Source: an uncultured Gemmatimonadaceae bacterium
GTDB taxonomy: Bacteria; Gemmatimonadota; Gemmatimonadetes; Gemmatimonadales; Gemmatimonadaceae
Direction: 5' to 3'
Length of the DNA: 64,000 bases
Assembly: GCA_963781585.1 (NCBI GenBank)
Contig: CAWAGQ010000004.1
Coordinates: 224,001 to 288,000, forward strand
Shown: piece by piece, positions 1 to 11,109 of the stretch
Layout: every line of letters starts with the position of its first letter
Position numbering within the stretch: position 1 is the first letter of the stretch
Notes under the pieces: model-generated
What the model was told of the DNA's origin: nothing
The model's input: only the letters and a program-made list of their open reading frames with translations
Database searches by the model: none
Made by a program: the position numbers and the translations under genes

Positions 1-284
1 GCCACGGCCTCGAGGTCCTGCGGCGTTTCGGAACCGAGCCTGCGCCATTCGGTCATCGGAACCAGCCGGAATCCTGGCTGCCCGTTCACCTCCATTCGTT
101 CGTAGTACGAGGGCGTCTCTATTCCCTGAACCGTCTGGATGAGCGTGTAGTTGTTCACGCCGTTCCAGCGTTCGATCTGCCTGGTTCGCGCCGTCGCGAG
201 AATCGACTGTGCGGTCTGCGGACGGGCCTCTTGCGGCAGGAGCATGACCAGGCCCAGGACTGACAGGGCAGTGTGGCGGCGCAT
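1..284 (-). CDS. Hypothetical secreted protein, partial (runs off window start)
   Basis: ATG at 284 preceded by AGGAGG RBS; reads MRRHTALSVLGLVMLLPQEARPQTAQ..., signal-peptide-like; open to the window edge. Confidence 0.6.
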   Translation of the reverse strand, partial: MRRHTALSVLGLVMLLPQEARPQTAQSILATARTRQIERWNGVNNYTLIQTVQGIETPSYYERMEVNGQPGFRLVPMTEWRRLGSETPQDLEAV

Positions 285-474
285 GAGACGATCCTCCTGG
301 TAGTCCGTGCGAATGGGATGCTTCGCATCCTTCAACGGATTCCCGGGTGCAACTCCGCCACACGGCGGCCTCAACCCCCGCGGTTGACCGGCGCCCGCCG
401 CTGTTTCGGGCGCCTTCGTCCGGGTAGTTTTGGACGTGCCCGCGGCGGGCCCATTTCACTCTGGAAACGCTGTC

Positions 475-1683
475 ATGACCGATACAACCCGCATTCCCGT
501 CATCGTTGGCGCGGCGCGCACCCCGATCGGGCGGTACCTGGGCGGCCTCGCGACGCTCCCGGCGCCTGACCTCGGAGGCATCGCGATTCGCGAGGCCGTA
601 CGGCGCAGCGGCGTCCCGGCTGCCGACATCCGCGAAGTCATCTTGGGAAACGTGCTGCAGGGTGGTGTGGGACAGGCCCCGGCGCGCCAGGCGCTGATCA
701 AGTCGGGGCTGCCCGCCACGATTTCGGCGGTCACGGTGAACAAGGTGTGTGGCTCCGGACTCAAGGCCGTCATGCTGGCCGCCCAGGCGATCCGGGCCGG
801 GGATCTGGAGGTGGCGGTCGCCGGCGGGCAGGAGTCGATGTCGAACGCGCCGCACTACCTCTACGGCTACCGCTCCGGCATCAAGCTTGGCGACCAGACG
901 ATTGTGGATGGCATGATCCGCGACGGTCTTTGGTGTTCGTTCTGCAACGTGCACATGGGCTCGCACGCCGAGTACACGGCGCGGAAAGCGGGCGTGTCGC
1001 GCGAGCGGCAGGATGCGTTCGCGGTCGAGTCGCATCGGAGGGCGGTTGCCGCCATCGACGCAGGGAAGTTTCGCAACGAGATCGTGCCGGTCGAGATTCA
1101 TGGGAAGCGCGGCACCACCGTAGTGGACACCGACGAGGGCCCCCGCCGCGAGACTACCGTGGAGTCGCTCGCTTCGCTGCGTCCGGCGTTCGGATCGAAG
1201 GACGCGCGCGGCGAGTTGTCGGTGACCGCGGGGAACGCCTCAACGCTGAACGACGGCGCCGCGGCGCTCGTGGTGACGTCGGAGGCATACGCACGGGCGC
1301 ACGATCTGGCGATCCTGGCGCGCATCGACGCCTACGCGACCGGAGCGACCGAGCCGCAGGACCTGTTCTTCGCCCCGATTCGGGCCGTCGGTAACCTGAT
1401 GGCTCGCGAAGGGACAAGCATCGGCGATTACGACCTGATCGAGGCAAACGAGGCCTTCGCGTCCCAGGCGCTGGCCGATGGCGACGGACTGGGCTGGGAC
1501 TGGTCGCGCGTGAACGTGAACGGGGGCGCGATCGCACTCGGCCATCCGATCGGGGCCAGCGGGGCGCGCGTGCTGGTGACGCTGTTGTACGCGTTGATCG
1601 ATCGGGGCAAGAAGCGGGGACTGGCAACCCTCTGTCTCGGCGGGGGCGACGCGGTTGCGCTCAGCGTGACGAGGATCGCGTGA
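475..1683 (+). CDS. Acetyl-CoA C-acyltransferase (thiolase)
   Basis: NKVCGSG active-site Cys motif, [21 protein letters not shown] at 475 chosen. Confidence 0.95.
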   Translation: MTDTTRIPVIVGAARTPIGRYLGGLATLPAPDLGGIAIREAVRRSGVPAADIREVILGNVLQGGVGQAPARQALIKSGLPATISAVTVNKVCGSGLKAVMLAAQAIRAGDLEVAVAGGQESMSNAPHYLYGYRSGIKLGDQTIVDGMIRDGLWCSFCNVHMGSHAEYTARKAGVSRERQDAFAVESHRRAVAAIDAGKFRNEIVPVEIHGKRGTTVVDTDEGPRRETTVESLASLRPAFGSKDARGELSVTAGNASTLNDGAAALVVTSEAYARAHDLAILARIDAYATGATEPQDLFFAPIRAVGNLMAREGTSIGDYDLIEANEAFASQALADGDGLGWDWSRVNVNGGAIALGHPIGASGARVLVTLLYALIDRGKKRGLATLCLGGGDAVALSVTRIA

Positions 1684-1798
1684 GACAGCCGGCTCCGTCG
1701 TTTCGCGCACCTGGTCATCGGCGACTCAGTGCGACGCGCTTCGCCATTGGTCTGCGACAGAATAGCGCGTCGACCTGACGGCGGGCGATTCATCGTTC

Positions 1799-2653
1799 AT
1801 GGAGGCACATCCGCCAGACGCCGCCGTCGGTCGCCCGTGGCGTCTGATCATCTTCATGCTCGCCTGCGCCGTCGGCGTACTTGGTCTGCGGCTTCTGTTC
1901 AGTCCACTGGCGGGCAGAGTGGGGCCGATTGGCGGAGTGTCGTTCGTTTCGCACGCCTATGTGTGGACATTGGCCGGAGGGCTGCTGATCGGCCATGCCT
2001 GGACGTTTCGTCTGGTGGAGCCTCGCGGCTGGGGGTACGCGGGGTTGGGGCGACAGGCGATGCGACCTGGAGTGGTGGTGGCGGGACTCATCCTGGGGGC
2101 TGCCGCCATCGGGATTCCATCGCTGACCCTCCTCGGCGTCGGCTGGCTCCAGGTGCAGCACGCCGATGCGGGGAGCCCGGGTTCGGCCGCACTGGGACTG
2201 GCGGCTTTGCTGTTGCCGGCCTCACTCTGGGAAGAACTGCTCATGCGCGGGTTCTTCTTCGCCGTTCTGCGGGAGGTGTGGGGGCCGTGGCGGGCGATAT
2301 TGGCGACCAGCGTCCTCTTTGGCCTGATGCACCTGCAGAACGCCGAGGCCACGTCACAGTCGGTCGCGATGGTGGCGCTGGCAGGGGTCTTTCTCGGCAT
2401 GGTCTTGGTGACCACGGGAAGCCTGTACGCGGCGTGGGCGGCGCATTTCGCGTGGAACTTCGTGCTGGCCGCGGTGCTTCACGCGACGTTGAGCGGACTG
2501 ACGCTGCCGGCGCCCGGCTATCGGATGGTGGATGCGGGGCCTGACTGGGCGACGGGTGGTGCGTGGGGCCCGGAAGGTGGTTTCTTCGCGGCCGCCGGGA
2601 TGGCGGCGGGGATCCTCATCCTGTATCGACTGCGGCTTCGCCGCGGGGAGTGA
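1799..2653 (+). CDS. CPBP family intramembrane glutamic endopeptidase (CAAX/Abi)
   Basis: EELLMRG, FGLMH and AHFAWN motifs; multiple TM segments. Confidence 0.9.
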   Translation: MEAHPPDAAVGRPWRLIIFMLACAVGVLGLRLLFSPLAGRVGPIGGVSFVSHAYVWTLAGGLLIGHAWTFRLVEPRGWGYAGLGRQAMRPGVVVAGLILGAAAIGIPSLTLLGVGWLQVQHADAGSPGSAALGLAALLLPASLWEELLMRGFFFAVLREVWGPWRAILATSVLFGLMHLQNAEATSQSVAMVALAGVFLGMVLVTTGSLYAAWAAHFAWNFVLAAVLHATLSGLTLPAPGYRMVDAGPDWATGGAWGPEGGFFAAAGMAAGILILYRLRLRRGE

Positions 2654-2659
2654 AAGGAC

Positions 2660-3511
2660 ATGGCGGATCACGTGGCGGTGGTGGGCGCGGGCCAGATGGG
2701 GAACGGCATCGCGCACGTGTTCGGGCTTCACGGATTTCCGGTGACGATGGTGGACGTATCGTCGGAGGCGGTGGCCAGGGGTCGCGCGGCGATCGAGGCG
2801 AACCTGGCGCGGCAGGTGAAGAAGGGGATCGTCGATGCGGACACGCGGAACGCCGTCCTGGAACGCATCGGGGGGAGCACCGATCTGTCGAGCGTGGCGG
2901 AGGCCACGATTGTGGTCGAGGCGGCGACGGAGGACGAGGACCTCAAGTACCGCCTGTTCGCCGATCTCGACCGGCAGGCGCCGGCCGGGGCGATCCTGGC
3001 CACGAATACGAGCTCCATCTCCATCACGGCGATCGGCGCCCACACCGGTCGTCCCGATCGGGTGATCGGCATGCACTTCATGAATCCGGTGCCGGTGATG
3101 CAGCTGGTGGAGGTGATCCGGGGCCTGGCCACCAGCGACCAGACCACCCAGCGGGTGCTGGATCTCGCCGCTTCGTTAGGCAAGACGCCGGTGGAGGTCC
3201 ACGATGCCCCCGGCTTCGTCGCGAACCGGATCCTGATGCCGATGATCAACGAGGCCGCCTACTGCCTGATGAACGGGGTGGCCGGGGCTGATGCCATCGA
3301 CACGGTGATGAAGCTCGGGATGAATCATCCGATGGGTCCGCTCGCCCTCGCCGACCTTATCGGGCTCGACACCTGCGTGGCGATTCTCGAGGTGCTTCAG
3401 CGGGGGCTCGGCAGCGACAAGTACGCACCGTGCCCGCTGCTGCGCCAATACGTCGCCGCCGGCTGGTTAGGCAGGAAGAGCGGGCGGGGATTCCATTCCT
3501 ATGCCAAATGA
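2660..3511 (+). CDS. hbd: 3-hydroxybutyryl-CoA dehydrogenase
   Basis: GAGQMG Rossmann motif, ATNTSSISIT, GMHFMNP, PMGPL motifs. Confidence 0.93.
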   Translation: MADHVAVVGAGQMGNGIAHVFGLHGFPVTMVDVSSEAVARGRAAIEANLARQVKKGIVDADTRNAVLERIGGSTDLSSVAEATIVVEAATEDEDLKYRLFADLDRQAPAGAILATNTSSISITAIGAHTGRPDRVIGMHFMNPVPVMQLVEVIRGLATSDQTTQRVLDLAASLGKTPVEVHDAPGFVANRILMPMINEAAYCLMNGVAGADAIDTVMKLGMNHPMGPLALADLIGLDTCVAILEVLQRGLGSDKYAPCPLLRQYVAAGWLGRKSGRGFHSYAK

Positions 3512-3523
3512 CCGCGTGACGAC

Positions 3524-4687
3524 ATGTCCTGGGCGCTGATTCCCCTTACCGAGCAGCAGCGCGCCGTGCAGGATGCGGCGCGCGAATTTGCGCGCACCGA
3601 AATTGCGCCCTTCTCCGATGCCTGGGATCGCGAGGCGTGCTTCGAACCTGCGCTCGTTCCCAAACTCGCCGCGCTCGGACTCCTGGGCATGATGATCCCG
3701 GAAGCCTACGGCGGGCTGGGCCTCGACACCTCCACCTATCTCGTGGCGCTCGAGGAGATCGCCGCGGTCGATGCCTCGGTGGCCGTGCTGATGAGCGTGC
3801 ACAATTCGCTGCCGGCCCAGATGATCACGCGGTTCGGCACTGAAGAGCAGAAGGAGCACTTTCTCCGCCCGATGGCGAGCGGTGAAATGCTGGGCGCGTT
3901 TGCCCTGTCCGAGCCGGATGCGGGCTCCGACGCCGCGAACATCGCAACCCGCGCGGTGCTGGAGGGCGATCACTGGATCCTCAACGGCACCAAAGCGTGG
4001 GTGTCGAGCGGAAGCCATGCCGGCGTCATCCTGACGCTGGCCCGCACCGACCAGCCGGGTGATCGCCGCGGCCCGCGCGGAATCGGCGCCTTCCTCGTCA
4101 CACCGGATGCACCCGGATTCGCGGTCGGCAAGAAGGAAAACAAGATGGGACTCAGGGCGTCGCCCACCGTGCAGCTGGTGTTCGAAAACCTGCGCCTGCC
4201 GCGGACCAACCTGCTTGGTGATCCGACCAAGGGCTTTGTGTACGCCATGCAGTCGCTCGAGCACGGCCGACTGGGCATCGCCGCCCAGGCCATCGGCATC
4301 GCAAGGGCGGCGCTGGAGCATTCGGTGTCGTATGCGGCCGAGCGAAGGCAGTTCGGCAAGCCGATCAAGGAGTTCCAGGCGATTCAGTTCAAGTTGGCGG
4401 ACATGGCCATGCGCATCACGGCCTCCCGCGCCCTGTTGTACGCGGCGGCCGCGGCGAAGGACCGTGGCGAACCCACGACGCAGTTCAGCGCGATGAGCAA
4501 GCTGATGGCGAGCGAGACCGCCATGTGGGTGACCACGCAGGCGATCCAGATATTCGGCGGCTACGGATACGTCAAGGAATATCCCGTGGAGCGGTTGTTC
4601 CGGGACGCCAAAGTCACCGAGATCTACGAGGGAACCTCGGAAATCCAGCGCATCGTGATCGCGCGGGAGCTGTATGCGAGGACCTGA
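3524..4687 (+). CDS. Acyl-CoA dehydrogenase
   Basis: FALSEPDAGSD, RRQFGKPI, QIFGGYGY, IYEGTSEIQR motifs. Confidence 0.95.
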   Translation: MSWALIPLTEQQRAVQDAAREFARTEIAPFSDAWDREACFEPALVPKLAALGLLGMMIPEAYGGLGLDTSTYLVALEEIAAVDASVAVLMSVHNSLPAQMITRFGTEEQKEHFLRPMASGEMLGAFALSEPDAGSDAANIATRAVLEGDHWILNGTKAWVSSGSHAGVILTLARTDQPGDRRGPRGIGAFLVTPDAPGFAVGKKENKMGLRASPTVQLVFENLRLPRTNLLGDPTKGFVYAMQSLEHGRLGIAAQAIGIARAALEHSVSYAAERRQFGKPIKEFQAIQFKLADMAMRITASRALLYAAAAAKDRGEPTTQFSAMSKLMASETAMWVTTQAIQIFGGYGYVKEYPVERLFRDAKVTEIYEGTSEIQRIVIARELYART

Positions 4688-4794
4688 GGATTACGATCCG
4701 TGGTCGTGCACCCGGAGCATCCCGCACTCAGCGCCGCGCATTCAGCTTCGAGCAATGACCTGACCACCCACCGCTTCCACCATAACCTGCGCCG

Positions 4795-5868
4795 ATGAAG
4801 GTCTTCGATCTCCTCTCCGAGATGGGCCACGAACAACTCGTGATGTGCCACGACAAGTCGTGTGGCTACCGCGGCATCATCGCCATCCACGATACGACCC
4901 TCGGCCCGGCGCTGGGTGGAACCCGGTTCTGGAACTACCGGACCGACGACGAGGCGATCGTCGACGGACTCCGGCTGGCGAAGGGCATGACCTACAAGAA
5001 CGCCGTGGCCGGCCTGAATCTGGGTGGCGGCAAGGCGGTGATCATTGGCGACAACCGCACCACGCGACGGGAGATGCTGTTCCGCGCGCATGGGCGATTC
5101 GTGGAGTCGCTCGGCGGCCGATACATCACTGCCGAGGACGTCGGCACCACGAGCGCCGACATGGACTTCGTCCACATGGAGACCGAATACGTTGCGGGGC
5201 TGACGACCCGGTCAGGCGATCCCTCGCCGGTCACCGCGCGGGGCGTGTTCCGGGCGATTCAGGCGGCGGCGCATGAGCGCTGGGGAAGCGACGGGGTGGC
5301 CGGGAAGACGGTCGCCGTCCAGGGACTTGGACACGTGGGATATTTCCTGTGCCGGGAACTGCACGGGGCGGGCGCACGGCTCATCGTCACGGATATCGAT
5401 GCGGCCAAAGTCGAGCGCGCCGTGGCCGACTGCGGCGCCCGCGCGGTGAGTGCCGACGAGATCTATGCCGTGCCAGCCGACATCTTCTCGCCGTGCGCGT
5501 TAGGCGGCGTGCTGAACGACGATACCATTCCCCGCCTGCAGGTCGAAATCGTCGCCGGCGGCGCCAACAACCAGTTGCTCGAGGAACGGCATGGCGACGT
5601 GCTCGAGCAGCGGGGTATCCTGTATGCCCCCGACTTCGTCGCCAATGCCGGCGGCGTGATCAATGTGTACGGCGAGATCGCCGGGTGGACCGCGCCACGC
5701 GCGTTGCGCAAGGCCGACGAGATCTACCAGACCATGCTGGGCGTGTTCGAGATCGCGCGCGAGCAGAGGGTCCCGACCCACCTGGCCGCCGACCGGCTTG
5801 CAGAGCGACGGCTGAACGCGGTTGGCGGCCTGGTGCGCACCTGGCCCCAATGGCCGCGCAAGAGTTGA
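4795..5868 (+). CDS. Leucine dehydrogenase (Glu/Leu/Phe/Val dehydrogenase family)
   Basis: GPALGGTR, GMTYKNA, GGGKAVI, TAEDVG, GGANNQL motifs. Confidence 0.93.
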   Translation: MKVFDLLSEMGHEQLVMCHDKSCGYRGIIAIHDTTLGPALGGTRFWNYRTDDEAIVDGLRLAKGMTYKNAVAGLNLGGGKAVIIGDNRTTRREMLFRAHGRFVESLGGRYITAEDVGTTSADMDFVHMETEYVAGLTTRSGDPSPVTARGVFRAIQAAAHERWGSDGVAGKTVAVQGLGHVGYFLCRELHGAGARLIVTDIDAAKVERAVADCGARAVSADEIYAVPADIFSPCALGGVLNDDTIPRLQVEIVAGGANNQLLEERHGDVLEQRGILYAPDFVANAGGVINVYGEIAGWTAPRALRKADEIYQTMLGVFEIAREQRVPTHLAADRLAERRLNAVGGLVRTWPQWPRKS

Positions 5869-5982
5869 CCCGGGGAGCCGGCGACCGGGCCGCGACACCG
5901 CACTCCCCCGGTTCCGGGCTCGCGAGTACGTTCGAGGGGATGCGCCTGTCGCGCTATGTACCCACTCTCCACTCGTGGACCG

Positions 5983-6432
5983 ATGTCTGAAGTAATCCCC
6001 ATCGCATCCGATCACGCCGGTTTCGAGATGAAGCAGAAGCTGGAGGCCCATCTGCGCGCGCTCGGTTTCCAGGTCGACGACCTCGGCGCCGAAACCGCGG
6101 CCGCCTCCGACTACCCCGACTACGCCCACCCGCTCGCCAGGATGGTCTCCAGAGGCGACGTGAAAAGGGGCGTGCTGCTGTGCGGAACCGGTGTCGGCAT
6201 GGCGATGGCCGCCAATCGCCATCCCAATGTGCGGGCGGCGGTCGTCTGGTCGCCCAAGGTGGCCGAGCTTACGAGACGCCATAACGACGCCAACGTCCTG
6301 GTGCTTCCAGCACGCTGTCTGTCCGAGGCGGAGGGTGAGGAGATTCTCGACGTCTTTCTCCGAACGGGATTCGACGGCGGACGCCACGAACGCCGGGTCG
6401 AGAAGATCGAAACCGAGGAGGCGCACGCATGA
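5983..6432 (+). CDS. rpiB: Ribose-5-phosphate isomerase B
   Basis: [32 protein letters not shown] motifs. Confidence 0.95.
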   Translation: MSEVIPIASDHAGFEMKQKLEAHLRALGFQVDDLGAETAAASDYPDYAHPLARMVSRGDVKRGVLLCGTGVGMAMAANRHPNVRAAVVWSPKVAELTRRHNDANVLVLPARCLSEAEGEEILDVFLRTGFDGGRHERRVEKIETEEAHA

Positions 6433-7721
6433 GCGACTGGCACGAATGGGACCGATGTCCGCCGGGCCCCGCTCTCCGCGAGGCCGACCCCCAGGTGGCG
6501 CGCCTCATCGACCGCGAAATCGAACGGCAGTCCGACGGGCTCGAGCTGATCGCCAGCGAGAACTTCGTGTCGCCAGCCGTACTCGAAGCCCTTGGCTCGC
6601 CGCTGACCAACAAGTATGCCGAAGGTCTGCCGCGCAAGCGTTACTATGGCGGGTGTGAGGTGGTGGACGAGCTCGAGCAGCTCGCGATCGATCGCGCCAA
6701 GGCCTTGTTCGGTGCCGAGCACGCCAATGTCCAGCCGCACTCGGGCGCCTCGGCGAACTTTGCGGCTTGCTTCGCCTTCCTGAAGCCGGGTGAGACGCTC
6801 CTCGGCCAGGACCTCTCGCAGGGCGGGCACCTCACCCATGGATCGCCGGTGAACTTCTCGGGGATTCTCTACCGGGCGGTGCACTACGGGGTGAACGATC
6901 TCGGCTACATCGACTACGACGCGTTGCGCGATATCGCTCGCCGGGAGCGGCCGCGCCTGATTCTCGCTGGCGCCAGCGCCTATCCCCGGTTCATCGATTT
7001 CGCGGCGTTCGCGGAAGTGGCGGCCGAAGTGGGGGCGGTTCTGATGGTGGATATGGCACACATCGCCGGGCTCATCGCCACCGGTCTTCATCCCTCGCCG
7101 GTACCCCACGCCGATGTCGTGACCAGTACGACGCACAAGACACTTCGCGGGCCGCGCGCCGGTCTCATTCTCTGTCGTGCCGCGCACGCCAAGCTGATCG
7201 ACAAGGCGGTGTTCCCGGGTTCCCAGGGCGGGCCGCTCGAACACGTCATCGCGGCCAAGGCCGTGGCGTTCCGCGAAGCGGCGGAGCCGTCGTTCCGGGA
7301 CTACTGCGCGCAGGTGGTCGCCAATGCCCGTGCGCTCGGAGACGGGCTGTCCGAGCGGGGATACCACCTGGTCTCCGGCGGAACCGACAACCATCTGTTG
7401 CTGGTGGACCTTCGCAACAAGGGGCTCACCGGCAAGGCGGCGGAGCAGGCGCTGGACCGTGCCGGCATCACCGTGAACAAGAACACCGTTCCCCGCGAGA
7501 CGCAGTCGCCGTTCGTGACCAGTGGGGTGCGGATCGGGACCCCGGCGCTCACCACCCGGGGCATGAAGACGGACGAGATGCGGCGCATTGCCGGCATGAT
7601 GGACCGGGTGCTGGCCGCGCCTAACGACGAACTCGTGGCCACCGAGGTGCGCACCGAGGTAAAGGAAATGACGGCGGCGTTCCCGCTCTACCCCGCGCCC
7701 ACCGCTATCGCAGCGGACTGA
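6429..7721 (+). CDS. glyA: Serine hydroxymethyltransferase
   Basis: [34 protein letters not shown]-lysine motif; ATGA overlap with rpiB. Confidence 0.97.
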   Translation: MSDWHEWDRCPPGPALREADPQVARLIDREIERQSDGLELIASENFVSPAVLEALGSPLTNKYAEGLPRKRYYGGCEVVDELEQLAIDRAKALFGAEHANVQPHSGASANFAACFAFLKPGETLLGQDLSQGGHLTHGSPVNFSGILYRAVHYGVNDLGYIDYDALRDIARRERPRLILAGASAYPRFIDFAAFAEVAAEVGAVLMVDMAHIAGLIATGLHPSPVPHADVVTSTTHKTLRGPRAGLILCRAAHAKLIDKAVFPGSQGGPLEHVIAAKAVAFREAAEPSFRDYCAQVVANARALGDGLSERGYHLVSGGTDNHLLLVDLRNKGLTGKAAEQALDRAGITVNKNTVPRETQSPFVTSGVRIGTPALTTRGMKTDEMRRIAGMMDRVLAAPNDELVATEVRTEVKEMTAAFPLYPAPTAIAAD

Positions 7722-7805
7722 CTTGCCGGCGCCGACCTTCCGCCGACGCGGCGCTGCAGTATCTTGCCCGCTCCAGAACGCGGCGGGCGTACTCCCGGAG
7801 GACCG

Positions 7806-8441
7806 ATGGCGATTCGACTTGGTGACGAGGCCCCCGATTTCTCGGCCGACACGACCCTCGGCCCCGTTCAGTTCCACGACTGGAAGCGGGGCAGCTGGGC
7901 CGTTCTCTTCTCGCATCCGAAGGACTTCACGCCAGTCTGCACCACCGAGCTGGGGCGGGTCGCGGCGCTCAAGCCGGAATTCGAGAAGCGGAATTGCAAG
8001 GTGATCGGGCTGAGCGTTGATCCCGTCGAGTCCCACCTGAAGTGGGAGAAGGACATTACCGACGTCACCGGGAATACCGTCAACTTCCCGATGATCGGCG
8101 ATCCGGACCGCACGATCGCCACGCTCTACGACATGATCCATCCGAATGCCAACGATTCGCAGACGGTCCGCTCGGTGTTCGTGATCGGCCCTGACAACAA
8201 GGTGAAGCTGATGCTCACCTATCCCGCCAGCACCGGGCGCAACTTCGACGAGATCGTGCGCATCCTCGATGCGGTGCAGCTCACCGCCGACTATGCCGTG
8301 TCGACGCCGGCGGACTGGAAGCCGGGCGACGACGTGATCATCGCACCCGCGGTTTCGGACGATGACGCGCGGAAGAAGTTCCCCAAGGGATTCGTGGCGA
8401 AGAAGTCCTACCTGCGCGTCACGCCGCAGCCGAATCTCTGA
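7806..8441 (+). CDS. 1-Cys peroxiredoxin (Prx6 type)
   Basis: FSHPKDFTPVCTTE and YPASTGRNFDE motifs; GGAGG RBS. Confidence 0.93.
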   Translation: MAIRLGDEAPDFSADTTLGPVQFHDWKRGSWAVLFSHPKDFTPVCTTELGRVAALKPEFEKRNCKVIGLSVDPVESHLKWEKDITDVTGNTVNFPMIGDPDRTIATLYDMIHPNANDSQTVRSVFVIGPDNKVKLMLTYPASTGRNFDEIVRILDAVQLTADYAVSTPADWKPGDDVIIAPAVSDDDARKKFPKGFVAKKSYLRVTPQPNL

Positions 8442-8493
8442 CGCCGCCGCCGGATCCGCGCCGCGCCCGGCCGCCGCTGCGCGGCGAGCGCGC

Positions 8494-9423
8494 CTAACGC
8501 ATGAAGACGCTGCGCGCCACGAACCAGGCGTTCGCCGGCCGCTCGGCAAGGCGCCGCATGTACCACGGGAACCACTGGCTGCCGTAGCTGATCAGGCAGC
8601 GAACCGCGCGCCCCTCGGCGGCCAGCGACCGCTGCTCGGTGGACCGAATGCCGTACAGCATGTGGATCTCGTAGCCTCCGGGTCCCACGTTCAGTCGGGC
8701 GGCCCGGGCCACCAGGTGGCGGATGATATTCAGGTCGTGCGTTCCGAATACCGGGAACGCGGCGTCGGCCGCTGCCGCGTTCAACAACCGCTCGCCGACC
8801 GAAATGTACTGGGCATCCACGTCCTTCTTCGACGGAAAGGCCGCGTCGGGAGGTTCAGCGTAAGCGCCCTTCACCAGCCGGATCCAGGGCCGCACCTCGA
8901 GCAGCGCCTCCACGTCCTGCGGCGTGCGCCGCAGGTATGCCTGCAGGCAGACCCCCACCGGTTCGTACCGCTCACGGAGCTGTCGATACAGCGACAGCGT
9001 CCGGTCCACGTACGTCGAGTCCTCCATGTCGATCCACAGCTGGCTCCCGGTGGCCGTCGCCTTGGCGGCCAGCGCCGCGAGGTGGTCGAGGCAGACGTCA
9101 AACGAGAGGTCGAGGCCCAGCTGAGTGGGCTTTACCGAAATGACCGCGGGCAGTCCCGCGCGTTGGACCAGGTCGTACGCTTCCAGGTAGTGATCGCGAA
9201 CGCCGTCGGCCTGCGATTCGCCCGTGAGGGTCTCCCCCAGTCGCGTAATGACGGATCCGATGCGCACGCCGGTGAGTTGCCTGGCGGCGGCCAGCGCATC
9301 GGCGAGCTCCTCGCCGGGCATGAATCGCTTGAGGGCGCGGCGCGCGAACGGCCGCCGCATGAACCGGTGCGCGAGCCACGGGCTCTTCGAGGCGCGCAGG
9401 AAGACACTTCGGGCGATGGACAT
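8494..9423 (-). CDS. Proline dehydrogenase (monofunctional)
   Basis: SVKPTQLG, IDMED, LQAYLRR, RLVKGAY, GTHD, YMRRLAERPAN motifs; start MSIARS at 9423. Confidence 0.92.
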   Translation of the reverse strand: MSIARSVFLRASKSPWLAHRFMRRPFARRALKRFMPGEELADALAAARQLTGVRIGSVITRLGETLTGESQADGVRDHYLEAYDLVQRAGLPAVISVKPTQLGLDLSFDVCLDHLAALAAKATATGSQLWIDMEDSTYVDRTLSLYRQLRERYEPVGVCLQAYLRRTPQDVEALLEVRPWIRLVKGAYAEPPDAAFPSKKDVDAQYISVGERLLNAAAADAAFPVFGTHDLNIIRHLVARAARLNVGPGGYEIHMLYGIRSTEQRSLAAEGRAVRCLISYGSQWFPWYMRRLAERPANAWFVARSVFMR

Positions 9424-9434
9424 GCGAGGGGGAC

Positions 9435-10580
9435 TCAGGCCTTCGGGATGGCTTTCTGCGGATCCAGGAACGGCTTCGGCACCACCGTCGCCGCGCGTTC
9501 GCCGACCAGCGGCACAGCAATCGTGAGGCCGGTTCCCATGGTCGCATAGGCGGCCGGTATCATCGCGTAGCCGAGGTTCTTCTTCAGGCGCGGTGACCAG
9601 ATCGCCGACGTCACCCGGCCGATCGGCACGCCACCCGCCACCACCGCCCACTTCGAGTCGTTGAACCCGAGCGGATCCCCTGCGATCTCGATGCCGACCA
9701 GTTTCCTGCTCACCCCGCGCGCGCGAACGGCGTCGAGCGCTTCTTTCCCGATATACGCCGCGGACTTGTTCGCGTCCACGAGCCAGTCGAGGCCCACCTC
9801 GTAGAGGTTGTCCTGGAGCGTGATGTCGGCGCCCCAATTGAGTATTCCCGCCTCGATCCGGCGGATGTCCGAGGGACCGGTGGGCCGGATCTGGTGCGGC
9901 TTGCCCGCCTCCATGATGCGCTCCCACAGCGCGTCGCCACGGCTGCCGTCGCGGAGGTACACCTCGAATCCCACTTCGCCCGTCCATCCGGTCCGCGTCA
10001 CGACCACCGGCACGCCGTCGAGCGATGCCTCGAAGAAATGGTAGTACTTGAGCGCGTTCACGCGGTCGCCGAACAGCGCCTGGGCCACCTCCCGCGACTT
10101 CGGGCCCTGCAGCTGAAGCGGCGAAACATCCGGCTCGCTCAGGGTGACCATCATCCCCGAGTTCAGCGCCACGCCGCGCGCCCAGAGCAGAACATCGCTG
10201 TCGGCGAGTGCCAGCCAGAAGTGGTTTTCGCCGAGGCGCAGAAGGACGGGGTCGTTGATGACCCCGCCGTCGGCCGCGGTGATCGCCACGTATTTTCCCT
10301 GACCCACGGCGCAGCGGCTCAGGTCGCGCGGCGTCAGCATGTTCACGAACGCGAAGGCGTCGGGCCCGGTTATCTCGACCTGACGTTCCACGGCCACGTC
10401 CCACAGTGTGACGTGATTGATGAGGTGCCAGTACTCCGCCTCGAGGTCGTCGAAGCGGATGGGGAAGAGCATGTGGTTGTAGACGGTGTACGCCTTCGCG
10501 CCCCAACGCTGCGTGGCCTCGAAGAACGGACTGCGGCGCAGCCGGGCGCCGCGCTGCACGAGAGCCATGTCGAACGTCAT
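9435..10580 (-). CDS. GcvT-family aminomethyltransferase/demethylase, DmdA-like
   Basis: YTVYNHM, LWDVAVERQVEITGPDA, INDPVLLRL, TRTGWTGEVGFE, RRIEAG motifs. Confidence 0.85.
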   Translation of the reverse strand: MTFDMALVQRGARLRRSPFFEATQRWGAKAYTVYNHMLFPIRFDDLEAEYWHLINHVTLWDVAVERQVEITGPDAFAFVNMLTPRDLSRCAVGQGKYVAITAADGGVINDPVLLRLGENHFWLALADSDVLLWARGVALNSGMMVTLSEPDVSPLQLQGPKSREVAQALFGDRVNALKYYHFFEASLDGVPVVVTRTGWTGEVGFEVYLRDGSRGDALWERIMEAGKPHQIRPTGPSDIRRIEAGILNWGADITLQDNLYEVGLDWLVDANKSAAYIGKEALDAVRARGVSRKLVGIEIAGDPLGFNDSKWAVVAGGVPIGRVTSAIWSPRLKKNLGYAMIPAAYATMGTGLTIAVPLVGERAATVVPKPFLDPQKAIPKA

Positions 10581-10593
10581 TGCAACCCGACTC

Positions 10594-11109
10594 CTACAAG
10601 TAGCGGGCCATCGCCATTGACGCGACAGCCAGCAGCAGAAACACGCCCACGATGCGGGCGCTCAGCGCTGCCCGCACTCGAAAGACCTGCGCTTCGACCA
10701 GGCGTGCCGCGCGCGTGGACTCGTCCGCGATCTGTGGGAGCGCGCGCATGATCGCCCAGATCCGTACCGCCGAAGGACGCATCACCCCCATGCCGACGAA
10801 GAAGGCGACGAGTGCACACGCGGCGCCGAAGCTCATTGTGCGCCCCAACGCCGATCGCATCCAGAGCGAGCTGAATCCCGATGACACCACCCACATCAGC
10901 CGCAGTCCGGCCAGGATGGTCACGGCGGCGACGATCGGCAGGACCGTCAGGTAGCGGCGGGCGAAGAGCTGGATCATGACCTTCCCGCCCTCGGGTCCGG
11001 CGGCCCGAATGCTCGGTTCCAGGTAGGTCACGAAGAAGAAGATCGTGCCGGCCCAGTAGACGCCCAGCACGATATGCACGATGCGAAGGGTGACCAGTTC
11101 CGCGTGCAT
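10594..11109 (-). CDS. Four-TM membrane protein, unknown function
   Basis: Hydrophobic helices; HIVLGVYWAG; GGAG RBS. Confidence 0.75.
   Translation of the reverse strand: MHAELVTLRIVHIVLGVYWAGTIFFFVTYLEPSIRAAGPEGGKVMIQLFARRYLTVLPIVAAVTILAGLRLMWVVSSGFSSLWMRSALGRTMSFGAACALVAFFVGMGVMRPSAVRIWAIMRALPQIADESTRAARLVEAQVFRVRAALSARIVGVFLLLAVASMAMARYL

Noticed and set aside
1799..2653. Abortive-infection defence role for the CPBP/Abi protein
   Set aside because: Ordinary CAAX-type protease embedded in a metabolic operon; the family name alone is not evidence
6120..8549. 809-aa minus-strand ORF and similar long shadow ORFs (e.g. 50704..52746, 23048..24280)
   Set aside because: Antisense to well-supported genes; expected artefact of high-GC codon bias
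9424..10506. N-terminal extension of the 670-aa ORF 8494..10506
   Set aside because: Overlaps the GcvT-family gene in another frame; ProDH similarity starts at 9423
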